64,000 nt of DNA from Asterias rubens (taxonomy: Eukaryota), in assembly GCF_902459465.1 (NCBI RefSeq), contig NC_047081.1:2294001-2358000 (forward strand), read 5' to 3'. The notes beneath the pieces were generated by a model. The model made no database searches. It saw only the letters and a list, made by a program, of their open reading frames with translations, and was not told where the DNA came from. The translations under genes were made by a program, and so were the position numbers. Shown piece after piece: positions 12,418 through 25,592 of this stretch. The first letter of the stretch is position 1. Each line of letters starts with the position of its first letter.

Positions 12418-15400
12418 AACAACGGTTCATTTTCTCTATGACTTAACCATGGAGCGTAATATTAACAACGTCGTTTCTATAATGGACAGTGGTCGACCCC
12501 AGATGTCACAACAAGCGAAATTACACTGTTGAGATTATGATGAAACTAAACTTATCTGGTTTGGGCTTCCCCTGGCCGATTTCTTAACACCGTTTGTTTT
12601 GTTCACGGTTCTGAATTTTTCGGTGACAAATCGTTGCTATTGACCCGCGTGTGAATCTCACGACGTTTAACCTTCGGGACAGGTTAAAGTGCGAGATTTC
12701 GTTTCCTTTACACGGTTAACGCAATGCAAAGTGCAACCCAAAAGTGTTTCCAACGAATACGCATGAGACTTCAAGGCAAAAACACCTTTGGTTTGTGCAA
12801 CCATCGTCTTATCCCTTGAAATAAATGTAGACATAGTATACAACTAATAAGCTATGCGAAATTCATTTCAAAAAGCGGTGACGTTTTTGAGACATCGCCG
12901 AAAAATGATCTTGATGTGGTTATGTCCGCGCACAAGAAGAATAATCTGTAAATGGAATTCTCAATCTTAAAAACGATTCATGTATGAAATGTTTGGTAGA
13001 TTGAATTTTATTTTCAAAGCCCTTCTCTCCAACAACATTTCTTAAAGGGAATCTTTTCTCAAAATGTTATAAAATGCATTACCACACAGCTGTATTGCTT
13101 CTCAGCGAGTAAGGTTGTTTTTATGGACATTCGTTGTTGGAGTGTTTACTGACATAAGGAACAGCAGAAGAATTTATGGAATGGTCAAGGAAGATTCTTA
13201 TAATATCAACAATCAGTAAAAAACTTTAAAAGGATTCAATTCAAGAAATGAGCCGTTTATCATCACCTCCCAGCTCATCGGTCAATTCCGGAAGCCAAAG
13301 TTCAGAGAGTTCCTTTCATTTTATGAACATTCGAGAGAGACATAAAACACATTTCAGTTTATTGTATCACTTGAATCTGGTCGTGCCATAAACAACTGTG
13401 GGTGTATAATCAAAGCGCGGGAAAACACATTAATAAATATGTCAGGTATGGGGCGCCATTTGGGTAATAAACAGGTCTTTAATGGTCCCCTTAACGTTTT
13501 GCAATATTGCCTTGAACTAGACCTGGCAATAAACAAACGTAATAAATGACGTTTTTAGTTTCATCAGATGTCTCGCGCGCAACCAAATGGCATAAATCAA
13601 AGCTACCTGATTGAGAAAATAACGAGGGAAAGGCAACTGTATCCTTTCTAATGTGGGAACAGTGTCACTTTCGATGTCTGTCCTAAAAAAAAAGTACACC
13701 ACCGTTCGCGAAACATCACCGGGGAATATTGTACACGGTTAAAATATCCCTGATTGAGAACTGCTTTACCCGCTAATAAATCTGTAAATTGTCCATATTG
13801 AACGCATCAAATTTATGTGTTTACACAATAACCAGATAAATGGGCCCATGTGGTTTGAGAAAATAGACAAATAAAAGGTGGACGTAGACTGGAAGCATTT
13901 TTTTTATTCTGGACAGTTTTTTCGATCTGAGATCGTTACAGATTGAAGGTTCTGCGACGCCTTCAACTGTCACAACAAGGGCCAGCGAGTGAGAGACACA
14001 CGACTGTTTCATGTCATTTGAAGTTCCGTTAGAGTCGGTTTTAGTCAGATAGATAGTTTAGTTTATTCTGTTTACAATCGATGCCAATGGCTAAATTACA
14101 GAAACTTACTATAACGATTTGTACAAATATAGTTAAACATGTCAATCTCTGGTTAGTTTGTAAACAAAAGCATTCTCTGTCAAACCTGAAACAGTGACAG
14201 ATTTTTACGAATGACCATTATAATTTTAAAAACTACCATTTTCGCTTGTAGCTCAACATTCACTTTTGTTATTAACTGACTTTTGCAAGATCATAAATTT
14301 AAAAGAGTAAATGAAAGAGTCGTCAGAAACACTCTCTTAATCAATCATCAGCCAAAGATGCAGGTGAAAAGTTGAAACTGCGATTAGAGAAATGCGAGTT
14401 GGGTGTATCAGTATATACGCTAGTGTCCATTTCAATTTTCTAATCACACAAACAGGAAAAAGTAGACGGTAATTAGCCAACCTCGTTCCCCGATGAATCC
14501 ATAATCGCAAGATGACTTCAAAAATGGCGTCACTCGCTGGCAAGTCATACCACGACTTATGATATGATGGGACTAATGAAATTGTCAGAATATTCTTTGT
14601 TTTAATAGACTCTCAAATTAGCGATCATACAGCGGGTATAAAGTACAGAAGACCATAGCTTAACCACGGTCTAAACAGACGAATTGTTCATTATGGAGAG
14701 GCCTTTACAACAGGTGTCCAGCGGCATGCAGTTAACACATTTTGATAGCGCAAAATGACTACACCTCGAACGAAATTGTACTCATAACTGGAGAAACCCT
14801 TGGTGTGTGTTTGGCAAGAAGTTGATCTGTGACCTCAAGGTCAAAATGAGAGGATATCTGATTGTTGACCTTTACACAGTGAATTGTTATTGTTAATGGG
14901 AAGCACTTAGCTCTCTGGCCTGCCCACTTGGCCACTACCCACGGGGTCAAGATGGTGCTTGATGGGACTGATCAACATTAATACTGAAATTAAGACTGAG
15001 AGTGTAAACTTTAGACTGTTGGAGTGTGTCCAACCATGTCCAACAAAGGAACCGCTGAAGACAATAAACATAAATATCCCTTACCAGAGGGTACCAACCT
15101 ATACAAACAACAGTTCTTGACACACAAAGTAATAGTAAGACTTATTGAAAGTTTACAAGTAGCTATATTACAAAGTAGCTATTACTTTGAAAACACCTGA
15201 ACTCGGCTGAAAACAGTTTTCTTTCTAATTCTGAATGAAGCTACCTTAGCCTCTAATTGAAATAATTTTCTTCTATTGACAGAGATAAACTTGACACCAT
15301 TAAATCACGTGAATCGAACGATCCTTGAATAAAACTTGGGCCATATCTGAAAGACTTAGAACATTTAGAATGCAGCGGTATCTATTTGTAACAACTGGAG

Positions 15401-16044
15401 AAAAGACGTACTTATCCACGGGTCTAAAAGGGTTCCGGAGTTAATGGGGGCAAGTTAAAAGCTATGAATGAGCATCGATTGATAAACTCTAGAATTACAA
15501 AACATTTTCTGGTTTTAATCAAAACTGTATAAAGATATACAAAAGGGTCGTTTTTAATCTAATAACGATCTTTTATAAGAAAGGATGGAAATTTGAAATA
15601 AGAGGCTTTGGTTTGTTTGCAAAACTCGGGTGATGCGAAGGCCGAGGAGAAAAATGTGTCAGTTTCATATTGTGTGGGGCCCGGCAGAAGTATCGAATAA
15701 AATGTCTTGATTTTGTTGTTGCCTTTGCCCAGTATATGTTGCCATAGATAACGCTTTAGCACAATGCGGTTTTCATTATGCGGGTTGGGAACTATTGTGG
15801 GCCTGGAGCGTGAACACGGGGGTGTTAATAAATAGCAGTATCTAGTTTCATGGCATTTGTCACGGACGAGTTGTCTGCTTTTGTGAATAGCACTTTTCTG
15901 TATATGTTTTATATTATACTTCATGTTGAACTGTTTGTACAAAATGTTATTGCACCGCCATCGGGATTGGAGAAATCTTTAAATAACTTTGGAACAAACT
16001 TTTTCCCGTCGAGCCATCAGAGAGTTAGGGCATTTTCGGAACCA

Positions 16045-16225
16045 CGCGCTTTAGGCTTGGGTTCCGCGCTAGGGCTGCAATCTCAGGCCCGAGTTCCGGC
16101 TAACATTTAGGTTTACTCTTGGGTTTGGATTCCGTCTTAGGCTTGGTTTCCGGCTAAGGCTCGGGTTCTAGGCCTGGGTGCGCTAAGGTTAGGATTATGC
16201 TTGAGGGCTCCGGCTTATAGGCTCC
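16045..16225. repeat. Degenerate ~18-bp GC-rich tandem array (GCTTGGGTTCCGGCTAAG-like)
   Basis: gcttgggttccgcgctag, gcccgagttccggctaac, gtttggattccgtcttag, gcttggtttccggctaag, gctcgggttctag, gcctgggtgcgctaag. Confidence 0.65.
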
Positions 16226-17515
16226 TTCGGACTGTTTGAAGCCCCGTACGGAGGGCGCACTTTTTAAAATAACTGGCGGAGCGCACGCCGACGCATGGCT
16301 GCGCTTTTAGAACACTGTTTACCATCGAGCAACGGTCTCACGGGCAATGACGATGCCGACACAGTAGTGTGCCTCCACCAACAACCTTGTTCACGTTCCT
16401 CGAAGATCCTTTCCAGTTACCCCCATCCCCTCTCCCCATAATGTCATGCTCGCAGTCTGCGGAACGTGGTCTCGACCCCCTCGCCAATTTTCAAACTTCT
16501 AAAAAGGGACCAGATTCACCCCATCATGTCGCACGTGGTGTATAAACTAGAAATAGTTATACGAACTAGAAATCAACTACATATTAATATTATAAGAGTG
16601 GTAATCAAATAAAGATTTAGATTCAATGATGGGGTGAAAAAAGACCCACATAGTTCGCTTTGTCACGAGATAATCATTAATTTAGGCACACTCTTAGGGG
16701 TAATGTCTCACTGGTAACATGATTGCTTTTTGTCTAACATACCAACCAAGCCTTACATATCACACACTAAACACACACCAAAAATATGGTCAATTTCATC
16801 ACCTCGGTAAATTGAAATTGACAGGTACCACCTGAAATTATCGTTTTATGGTTTTGTGAGAATACCGCAAATTACTGGTAGACAAATAGCCCAGGGTGTA
16901 GGCTGTCGTGATCTATCACACGGGGTTTGTAAAGGTGTTTATTAGAGGGTGGACAGCGTGGAAGATTGGTGTGAGACACGGTGTTTGGAGAAGAGCATTC
17001 AAGTTCAACGGTCATTCGTTTTCTATGTTTTGGGGGGTGGGGGTTAACTGACTATAGCATGCTTATTGGGAGGGGAGGGGCATAAGTCCCGAAGTGTTTG
17101 AAAGGAAACATTTGGAGGAGGCATTCAAACTTGAATGTTGATCTGATCATATGATCATGCAGGTAGGGCACAATTAAATTTTATTATGAATCATAAACAA
17201 TTAGATACCTGTACCATCAGTTTACTCATACTGATCAGAGAATAGACTCCAAACATGACAATGAAATTTACTTTTTATAATGAGAAGCACTGCAGCTTCT
17301 GATAGTATGAAATATTTTGAGAAAGGATTCCCCGTCGAAGGGAATGAATATGGTTTGGATAATTTGTTCTGTTCACCCCACAACATCCGAGTTTCTGCAA
17401 TTTATGACCCTACCTATATTAGGACTTTAATTGCATGATATCTACAACATGCAATCGTGAGCATTCATCTCGCACATCTCCATCTAACAAAATAGTATAA
17501 ATATGGAAATGTATG

Positions 17516-17899
17516 AAATACACTGGACATTATTGGTAATTGTCAAAGACTAGTCTTCTCACTTGGTTTATCTCAACATATGCATAAAATAACAATCCTG
17601 TGAGAATTTAAGCTCATTTGGTCGTCGAAGTTGCGAGATAATAATGTAAGAAAAAACACCCTTGTCACACGAAGTTGTGTGCGTTTAGATGGTTGATTTC
17701 GAGACCTCAAATTCTAAATCTGAGGTCTCGAAATCAAATTCGTGGAAAATCACTTCTTTCTCGAAAACTATGGCACTTCAGAGGAAGCCATTTCGTACAA
17801 TGTTTTTTACAACCAACCTCTCCCCATTACTCGTTACAGAGTTAGGTTTTATGCTAATAATTATTTTGAGTAATTACCAATAGTGTCCACTGCCTTTAA
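17516..17899 (-). mobile_element. Kolobok/T2-type MITE, family A
   Basis: Decayed left end cactggacattattggtaattgtcaaagac; right end ccaatagtgtccactgcct-ttaa; perfect internal hairpin at ~17694-17738. Confidence 0.9.
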
Positions 17900-18088
17900 A
17901 TCGGTAGGCTACGGTATCCTGGTATTCGACAACACTTGACGAAACCTTTTTCATTTATTGAAACGTTTGCAACCAGTTAATGTTAAATTTCACCGAATTA
18001 ACCTCTCGCTTTCACCAGACAGACCAAACTGAATGTACGACCAGGTGGTTTTATTATCAGACTATGGCCCTTTAACTGGTGGCTCGCG

Positions 18089-18150
18089 ATACAACCACAG
18101 GGTGAGTGATACAACCATAGAAAGGCCCGGTCCTTTCTCTATGATACAAC
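18089..18150. mobile_element. Two adjacent CAYAG micro-inserts separated and flanked by the same 7-bp repeat
   Basis: atacaac|cacagggtgagtg|atacaac|catagaaaggcccggtcctttctctatg|atacaac. Confidence 0.75.
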
Positions 18151-20725
18151 GAACAAAACCGTCCTATGGCGACAGGTGTGGTTCGTATCATCCCCCAACC
18201 CCCCACATAAAATAAACTGGCTTTTCCTTTCTCTTGGAAGCCAGTGGTTCTCACTCTTGACGAGGTTTGACTCCGCAGTGGGTTTAAGTTTCACCGGGAC
18301 GCCGCTCCAAAAACCTGGAAAGGTTCCTCAAGGCCTAGTGCTTGGGCCTTGAGGCATCTATTATATTCCGCGTGTGATCTACAAAATGAAGTGACTTTGG
18401 GGAAATAAAATATCATTAAGAATAGTGGCGATCGCCGCCTGCAGGTGGTAGATCAATGCAGTGACTATTGTATCAGGTTTTTCCTTTTAACTTCCTCTCT
18501 TTCAAGGTGGTTTGATTTTCTTAAGTTCTACTTGACCCCTGAGCAGATGTGAAACTGGTGCGGTTTTTAATAGCGGTCTAGCTACGATCTGGTAGACGTG
18601 AACATAACACTACCTGACATGGTGAAATCGCACTTCACTAGAGACGGGGCTAGAACCAGTTTTACTGATGAGGTGGTGGCCCGCCCTCAGGAAACAAAAA
18701 CCCCGATTAAAGGTCGTATGTTAAAGGGGAGAGGTCATCGTAAGAAGCGGTTACGATCAGTTGGATGGATCTGTGTACAGATTTGATAAACTTCGGTTCT
18801 CATGTACCCAGTTATGTGTGAACATGATATTGGATTCTACCCCCACGGTATGAAGTTACCAGTAGTTCATTAAGGGGGGGGGGGTATCTCGCTAGATGCT
18901 CATCAGTATGAGGTGGTCTCGGTTTGTGTACTATTAGTTCTTTGGTTTTTTTTGTGGAAACTCGAAGCACATCACTTGTCGTCACTCATTAAAATCTGCT
19001 ATCACTAATGTCAAGATGTCTGAAATTGAATAATTATTCCCATTGTGGTTTCGATCTTCCTTCATGGCAAAATTCAGATCGCATCCCATTGCTTACGTGT
19101 GTATCGATTCATTGGCTTAAAATTTCGGCTCACCCGTCATCTTAGCAATCGAATAAACATTACCAGTTTGGGTATCGACTTCATTGTGCTGAAACTGATC
19201 ATCACTTGCCATTATTTCTAGTACTTGGTATCGATTCCTTTGTTTTGAAACTCTCCTCACGCACCGACAAACCCATAGCAAACTGATCGAGTGACATGTA
19301 TCGAGTGCTTAGTCAACATCCGTAGAATCCTGGAGTGCGCTTTGTATAAAGAATATCAAGGGGTTAGCGGGGAAACTACAGAGGAACATGGACGATAGAC
19401 TTGACCAATCGCTTGGCCTACATCGTTTCACCATGGACACCACGGTCACTGTTCCACTGGGGAATAGGATCTCGGTCTTCTAAGCAAGTTTCAAAACCAC
19501 AAACTTTTTAATTTCAATTTCAAATGCACATAAAGTTCATGAAAAAGATCGACAACTACACCTGTCTATATGGAGTAAAGCAAAAATAATACTAGGTAAC
19601 TTTCAGAACTTATTTTGTATAGATTCAACAAAGAAGGGGTTTGTTCACTCTAAAACTGAAATGTTTAAATCAATACCTCAAACAAAAGTTAACTTCAAAA
19701 TGTGTAGAGACCATGCCCCGATGGTGGCATTTGTGATATTGGCATAATAATAGAGGGCGCTAGTGCCTGGGACAACAGTACTATTCCGAAATATCTGTTC
19801 TGGATTCTCGTATACGATTGTTCCGAAACGACCATTGAAATTGAGACGGTAAGTTTCTTTCAATTAAGGACATAACGGTAAATTTGTCGGATATTAACCT
19901 AAATGTATTTCTAACCCAGCACAGTTGAAGGTACTGAGCCCATGCGTGATTGGTCAGCCCCCCTCCCATGTATTAAGAACAAGAACAACCTCAAACCTGG
20001 TCTTCAGGAATGTGTTTGTAAAAGCAGCCATGGAACAACGAGGAACCAATACATAGATGACTTGTTCTAGGAACCAGAGTTCGATCACAATCCGAACGTT
20101 CCGGATATGTAGAACAATCAATATTCCCCCGTTGAGGGTCTGATTTTTTTCTTTCTTCTTCATCTCGATCTGATGTGGTTCAAAACAGTTGATGAATCCC
20201 CCTCAACTTGATTGTTGTGTTTTATGGAAAGCTTTTTAGAGTGTTCTTCGTTTGTCTTGGGTGCTCGATAAAGGAGCGGGTTGTTTACTCGAGCTGTGTG
20301 TACCGGGGAGCAAGAAAGCAAACAAGGAGCAAAGACGGACGGGATGGCGTCGTCTTCAGGTAAAAGGAGAGGAAGAAACGGGGGCCCAGTATAGGTCAAA
20401 CTTTTCCATTTCTTCTTAAATATCTCCCCTGAAAGGCCAAGATTCACCGTGTGGTAAACAAAATGCTGATGGGAAATGTGTTTATGTGTGTATTTTTTTA
20501 ATGGGTTATGGTTAATAAAACAAGACTAATTGATAAGAAACTTTCTCTCTCTCATGTCACCTTTAATCATTACAACAATTATTGAAGGTAACAGTAGGAA
20601 AAGAAGATTTGTTAAGAGGTCGATCTTCATTGCAATAATTGTGTTATTAATTTACACTTTGCATGGGTTCCTTTGGGCTTGTGACGCCATAAGCCCCCAA
20701 AACAGTACCCTCACTTGGGTCAATA

Positions 20726-20874
20726 GGCCTCTCTTAATACTTATGCATGACGTCATAATTCTTACCAAAAAAGAGGCTATGGGCGCACTTCCCCCATCCC
20801 TTGCAGTGGCTGCGCCCATCGCCTCGTTTTGAGTTAGCATTGTGACGTACCTCATGCATACATTAAGAGAGGCC
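20726..20874. mobile_element. 149-bp fold-back element (unclassified MITE)
   Basis: Arms ggcctctcttaat..atgcatgacgtca..aaagaggctatgggcgca and tgcgcccatcgcctcgtttt..tgacgtacctcatgcatacattaagagaggcc, ~23-nt loop. Confidence 0.75.
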
Positions 20875-21938
20875 GACAGTCGTGCACAGCGCATACACGC
20901 GTGCGCGTTTGTATTGTTTGATATCTACGCCCTGTCAACGATGTGGTAGCCTTGCTTTGATTCAGCATGGAGGTTCTTCAGGTATTTGCTTTGAAAGCAA
21001 AAGGTTAAGAGTTCGAGTCCCGATGCAGGCGCTTGTGGATTTTCAGAAGGATGTGAGTATATATTTTGTGAACGAGCATTTAACTTAAGGCAAACGAAAT
21101 TGTAGAAACCAGCACGGTTTTATTTATCTATTTTACTATATATATATAAAAAAATGAACCACTTCACACACGGGTGAATGAAAAATGTTGCAGCCTAAAC
21201 ATTTCAACCATCTCACTAAACCTCTATTCATAAATATTCGTTGCGTCTACGAATACCGCTAACAGAATGGACTGACGGATTTATGTAAGTGCTACTGATA
21301 GTCAAATTGCCACCAAGCCTCTGTAGGGAATGGCTTCATTGGGAGGCAGTGCACGGGTAACCCACAGTCATTGACGGATGCGAACGATTTCGCTTGATGG
21401 TCGTCAGTACTATGTGACGTTCGTGATACCGACGCTGTTATCCGGGCCCGTTTTACATGGCCGGTGACCTGGGTAAGGCATTCGAAAGAAGCAGAGGACC
21501 GAAAGTCGTCCGTTATGACAAATATTGTTTGAAATAAAAATACGATTAAACTTCTGTTTGAATGTAATTAAATGGCTTGTTTATTAAGTGATTCTTCTTC
21601 GCAAGTGGCTCCATGATTAAATCTCCACCATGCAGAGTTTAAAAACCAACCCAGGACTAAAACCAGATTCAGACGTCACATAAGCAAAACCGAATGAACT
21701 GTGATGATGCATGCTATCGTTCAGTCATGCACAAAACAAATGCCCACCCCTCCACACACGCACACTTCGCAAGAGGGCGCACTGACTCATAAAAATCAGC
21801 CAGAGTTTTTTTTTGAGAGAGATAGTTGCGACCATTGATATTAAACATAGGTCAATGTTTATCAGTTTTCTTTTGTCACGTAAGTTGCCGGACGCCCTTT
21901 TTGGTAAAAATGCGACCAAGACCAAAGTACAGACTAGT

Positions 21939-22405
21939 CCGGTGTCGCATGCAACTATGTCCTCTATGCAATACTATCCGGAGCATATTATTGCATATGC
22001 AATAATGTCCGCCGGACGGTTTTGCATATGCAATCGTGTCCGCCCGGAAGCTGCTGCAAAATGCAATTTTGTTCGCCTGGACATAACTGCATATACCGTC
22101 CTTAAATTAAACGCCCTGGTGGCCGGAACACGTTCGCCATTTTTGTTTACAAGCTAAGTGCATGTCATGAATGACATTGGAAATGTTCGGCTGTTGGGTA
22201 TTCGCAGCAATCATAAAATACGTGAATATTCATGCTCCATATACGTAGGTTCAGTGCATGCACGCTCGCTTACGCGCGCACATACATGTACAGTCATGTA
22301 CATGTCCACCGGACGGTTTTTGCATAGCCCCGGACACGATTGCATATGCAAAAGTGTCCGGAGCGGACAGTATTGCATGGTGGACACAATTGCATCTGAC
22401 ACCGG
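21939..22405. mobile_element. MITE with long TIRs built from tgcatatgcaat/gtccg subterminal repeats
   Basis: ccggtgtcgcatgcaactatgtcc... / ...ggacacaattgcatctgacaccgg. About 75-100 bp imperfect inverted arms; no clear TSD. Confidence 0.8.
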
Positions 22406-23599
22406 CAGCATGTGTTCGCCCATGCGTTTTTTTTTTACACAAAATCGCAAGTTGTCGCAACGCTCTCACTACTACGCTTACATTCGATCAATCTATATCG
22501 ATACTAGCGACAGTTATTAAATCGATACCACAACCGATCCAGTATCGACACCAGCCTTACACCACTATTTATCCAAGTCGGTGTTTTGTTTTTCTGCAAT
22601 TACGTTAATCACAGTGACAGACCACCAAGGCCTGTCCTGGATCATGACATAGGATAGGATGATATCGATGTGCCTCCTGGGCACGAGGTTGTTGGCCTGA
22701 TGACGTCAAACCTCATTTCATTAACAGTGTTCTCTCCACTCTCGCTCTTGTTTTAAAGAGCTTCCGTGTGTAATTACCTTAAGTATGTTTTTATCACGTT
22801 GTTCTTTCTATTTGAATGAAGTGCTTTAATTCTAAATGCATTTTTGCAAATAATCTGACGATGTACTGATCAGTGACTCAACTATTATATATAAATCATT
22901 GCAATCTTCAACAAACCCTCAAACATTACAAACTTTACAACCAAGTTCGTGACAATAAAGGCCGAAAATTAGTCTGGTTGTCTCATAATGCCCGGAAATA
23001 AGCGTTTCAAGCCTGAAGTCAATGCAGGAAACCAGACAAGGATGACCACGCTGACTGAAAATAAATTGGGCACATATTGGATGGGGTATTTTTGGCAGGC
23101 GTCCCCAAGAGCTTTCCATGTATAAGTTTCCATACATTGGTTGCATAACTGACCAATAGCCTGAAAAACATAAACATTATTGCTTACTGCCAACCAAGAA
23201 GGTTACATGCTAAAGTACCGTGTGATGCTACCACCTGACTTCTGACTACAGATTTGTAGTAAGCAAAAGGTTGAGACTAAGCAGAATTTGCTAATTGAAC
23301 TACCACACATAAACCCTACACAAATCACGCAGGTAAATCTAATAATAAAAATATCAAATGAGACGACCATGTCACACGTTACTGATAGAACAAGACTCCC
23401 CACGTGACCGATAATAATTCAATCTCATTGGACGATGCAAAACGTTTCCAAGGCGACACAACGATTATTGCATATTCCACGTCCGGACTTCATCAAAACC
23501 GCTCCCGAACACGCCTAGCTATTATTAGACTAGCCAACAGCATTTAGTCAGATTCGTGACCAGGTATTTTCTGTTGCGGTGGATTCAAGATTGCGTTTT

Positions 23600-23978
23600 G
23601 CAATTTTGTATTTCGTGTGGAAATACAAGAGAGGTCGATGTATGCAAATACAGTATTATGATGTACTTCGTGATTTACTTAGAAATTACTTTAATGCAGT
23701 CTCTTTAGAACACATTGCCATTCCTTTTAGAGCAGGCATGAAGCTTCTCTTATAAGATATATTTCAATATTCCCTTCCAATATCTGCACTAATCTGTACA
23801 CTGTTACATATATAAGTAGAATTTATTATATGCTTCCATAAACAAGTCATATTTTGATTTATGTTGCAAACTAACGTTCACATTTGTCATACAAGTTGTA
23901 TTTACTGATATTGAGGATGTCAATTTAAATTAACTTTCATAATTAAATAAATTGAATTGAATTGATTTGAATTGAATT
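23600..23978 (+). mobile_element. Probable LINE 3' end with (ATTGA)n tail
   Basis: AT-rich 3'UTR-like stretch ending aaataaattgaattgaattgatttgaattgaattg. Similar tails occur at ~30440 and ~45265. Confidence 0.4.
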
Positions 23979-24260
23979 GTTAACCGAGTTAAAATGGCTG
24001 AACCGTAATACAGATCGACGGAGTGACGCATTATATGGTAACTAAAAGGAGTTGTTTTATACCATGAGCTTAAATTCAACCATGCTTGGAACCCGTCTAC
24101 TTTACCTCCCAGCCTCGTTTTGACCACATACAGTACATGTTAACCGAGTTACAAGGGCTTAACCGTCATACAGATCGACGGGTTTACGCACTAATTACCA
24201 GCAGTTGTTTTACCATGAGGTTAATTAAGGGACATTGAACCATCTCAACTCAACCACCTC
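23979..24260 (+). repeat. Two-copy tandem duplication, period 160 bp
   Basis: gttaaccgagtt..aaccgt.atacagatcgacgg..gttgtttta.accatgag starts at 23979 and 24139. Confidence 0.8.
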
Positions 24261-24834
24261 TCTACGTCACCTGCGCGTTTTCTATTTACACGCCGTGCAT
24301 TTTATTTGTCCCTCCGAACGGCCCGAAGCAAGACTAGCATGAGAGTAAAGGAATGCGAGTTTAGCCCGCAGCGTCCATGGGTATTCAGGAAACGAGACCA
24401 CCGGTGATCGTGTGAATTTGTTTGGTCATGTTCATAGTTGAAATGCGCGGAATATTCATTGCATTTTTTCCCCTTCTTCCCTGTGATCAATATACCAACT
24501 TCCTGATTGATTTTTAATTCAGTGACACGGGTTTTAGGTTTGAAGGCAGAATATTAAAGAGGTAAAGATTTAGAGTTAAAATAAAAACAAGAATTAAAAG
24601 TAAGGATGAAACGATATGGCTCTTAATATATCTCAATGAAAAGGGAAACACCATACACCCACCAATATTTCTTCGTTTCTGAAATAAGAAACAATTTCGG
24701 TAATCAAAGTATAGCTATATTTTAATTTATATGTGGAGACGTCCACATTTGAACCTTGTTTCACCCGAATGTCATGTGTTAACAAACAATACCAACAAAC
24801 ATAGCTCAATGTACAAGTGCTGCACACATTTAAT

Positions 24835-24905
24835 TTATTTTATTGGTCTTTATTTACTCAGGGAACCCATCTGCGAGAATACTGCTTTCCCCAGGGCCCC
24901 CTAGA
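24835..24905 (-). mobile_element. L2/CR1-type LINE 3'-terminal remnant
   Basis: tttatttactcagggaacccatctgcgagaatactgctttccccagggcccc aligns with the LINE end at 25593-25645, next to an (AAAT)-like tail. Confidence 0.5.
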
Positions 24906-25069
24906 TTTCAGATTAATTTCACTGAATGGCAGGAGCTCGTACAGTAGGAAGGACAAAATATATTAAGATGTTTTATAATGCTGTATGCGAATGGGCAGCT
25001 ACCTACGGCTACGTCATCATGAATTGAAGTTTATGACGTCATTGGCAATTCCCCAGGTATTTTTCATGG

Positions 25070-25218
25070 ACCCAATATCATGACGGAGCTGCTTAAGCAG
25101 AAATGATTGTTAGAAACGTTCTTCTTAGCAATAGCATGGTACCTCGTAAATGGCGCACTTGACGTGGTATGATGGCTGGTAGCCGTATATTCTGGTATGC
25201 ATATTTTGTTACTGTGCT
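25070..25218 (+). mobile_element. Truncated Harbinger-like MITE (ggcccaatttcat..gagctgcttaagc family)
   Basis: ggacccaatatcatgacggagctgcttaagcag...gctggtagccgtatattctggtatgcatattttgtt matches 59907-60066 and is cut off by the (TTTA)n array. Confidence 0.65.
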
Positions 25219-25219
25219 T

Positions 25220-25258
<39 letters not shown>

Positions 25259-25268
25259 TTTTTTTATT
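25219..25268. repeat. (TTTA)n microsatellite
   Basis: Direct observation. Confidence 0.95.
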
Positions 25269-25509
25269 TTTTTTCTCTTGATGTGGAGTTATATTACTCC
25301 GTTTATTCAACATTCATCAGCAAAGGCATACATCAAATAAACACACTATCAAAAGACACTCCGGTAAATACTTCTAATATATAACAGGCACAGTAAGTAA
25401 CAGAAGCTCAGAAAATAACAATAATAATAACAATAAACAAAATAATTAAATAGTTAATTAATACCTCTGTTATATATACAAATATCTACAATTTAGCGTG
25501 ACTCGGGAA

Positions 25510-25510
25510 T

Positions 25511-25589
<79 letters not shown>

Positions 25590-25592
25590 TTT
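25510..25592. repeat. (TTTA)n microsatellite, about 20 units, tail of the adjacent LINE end
   Basis: Direct observation. Confidence 0.95.

Noticed and set aside
18661-18720. CTGATGAG...GAAAC hammerhead-like motif
   Set aside because: Five extra nt lie between stem II and GAAA, and no stem I/III with a cleavage triplet can be built.
20985-21030. tRNA-like fragment tttgc-tttgaaa-gcaaa...gagttcgagtccc
   Set aside because: No D arm or acceptor stem; at most a very old SINE head. The same applies to ~9930-9990.
21813-22608. Overlapping ORFs of 72-120 aa on both strands
   Set aside because: They fall on the repeat-built TIR MITE at 21939-22405.
23430-23500. Minus-strand ttgatgaag...ggaaacgtt hammerhead-like spacing
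   Set aside because: Stem II does not close next to GAAA and the core C is missing.
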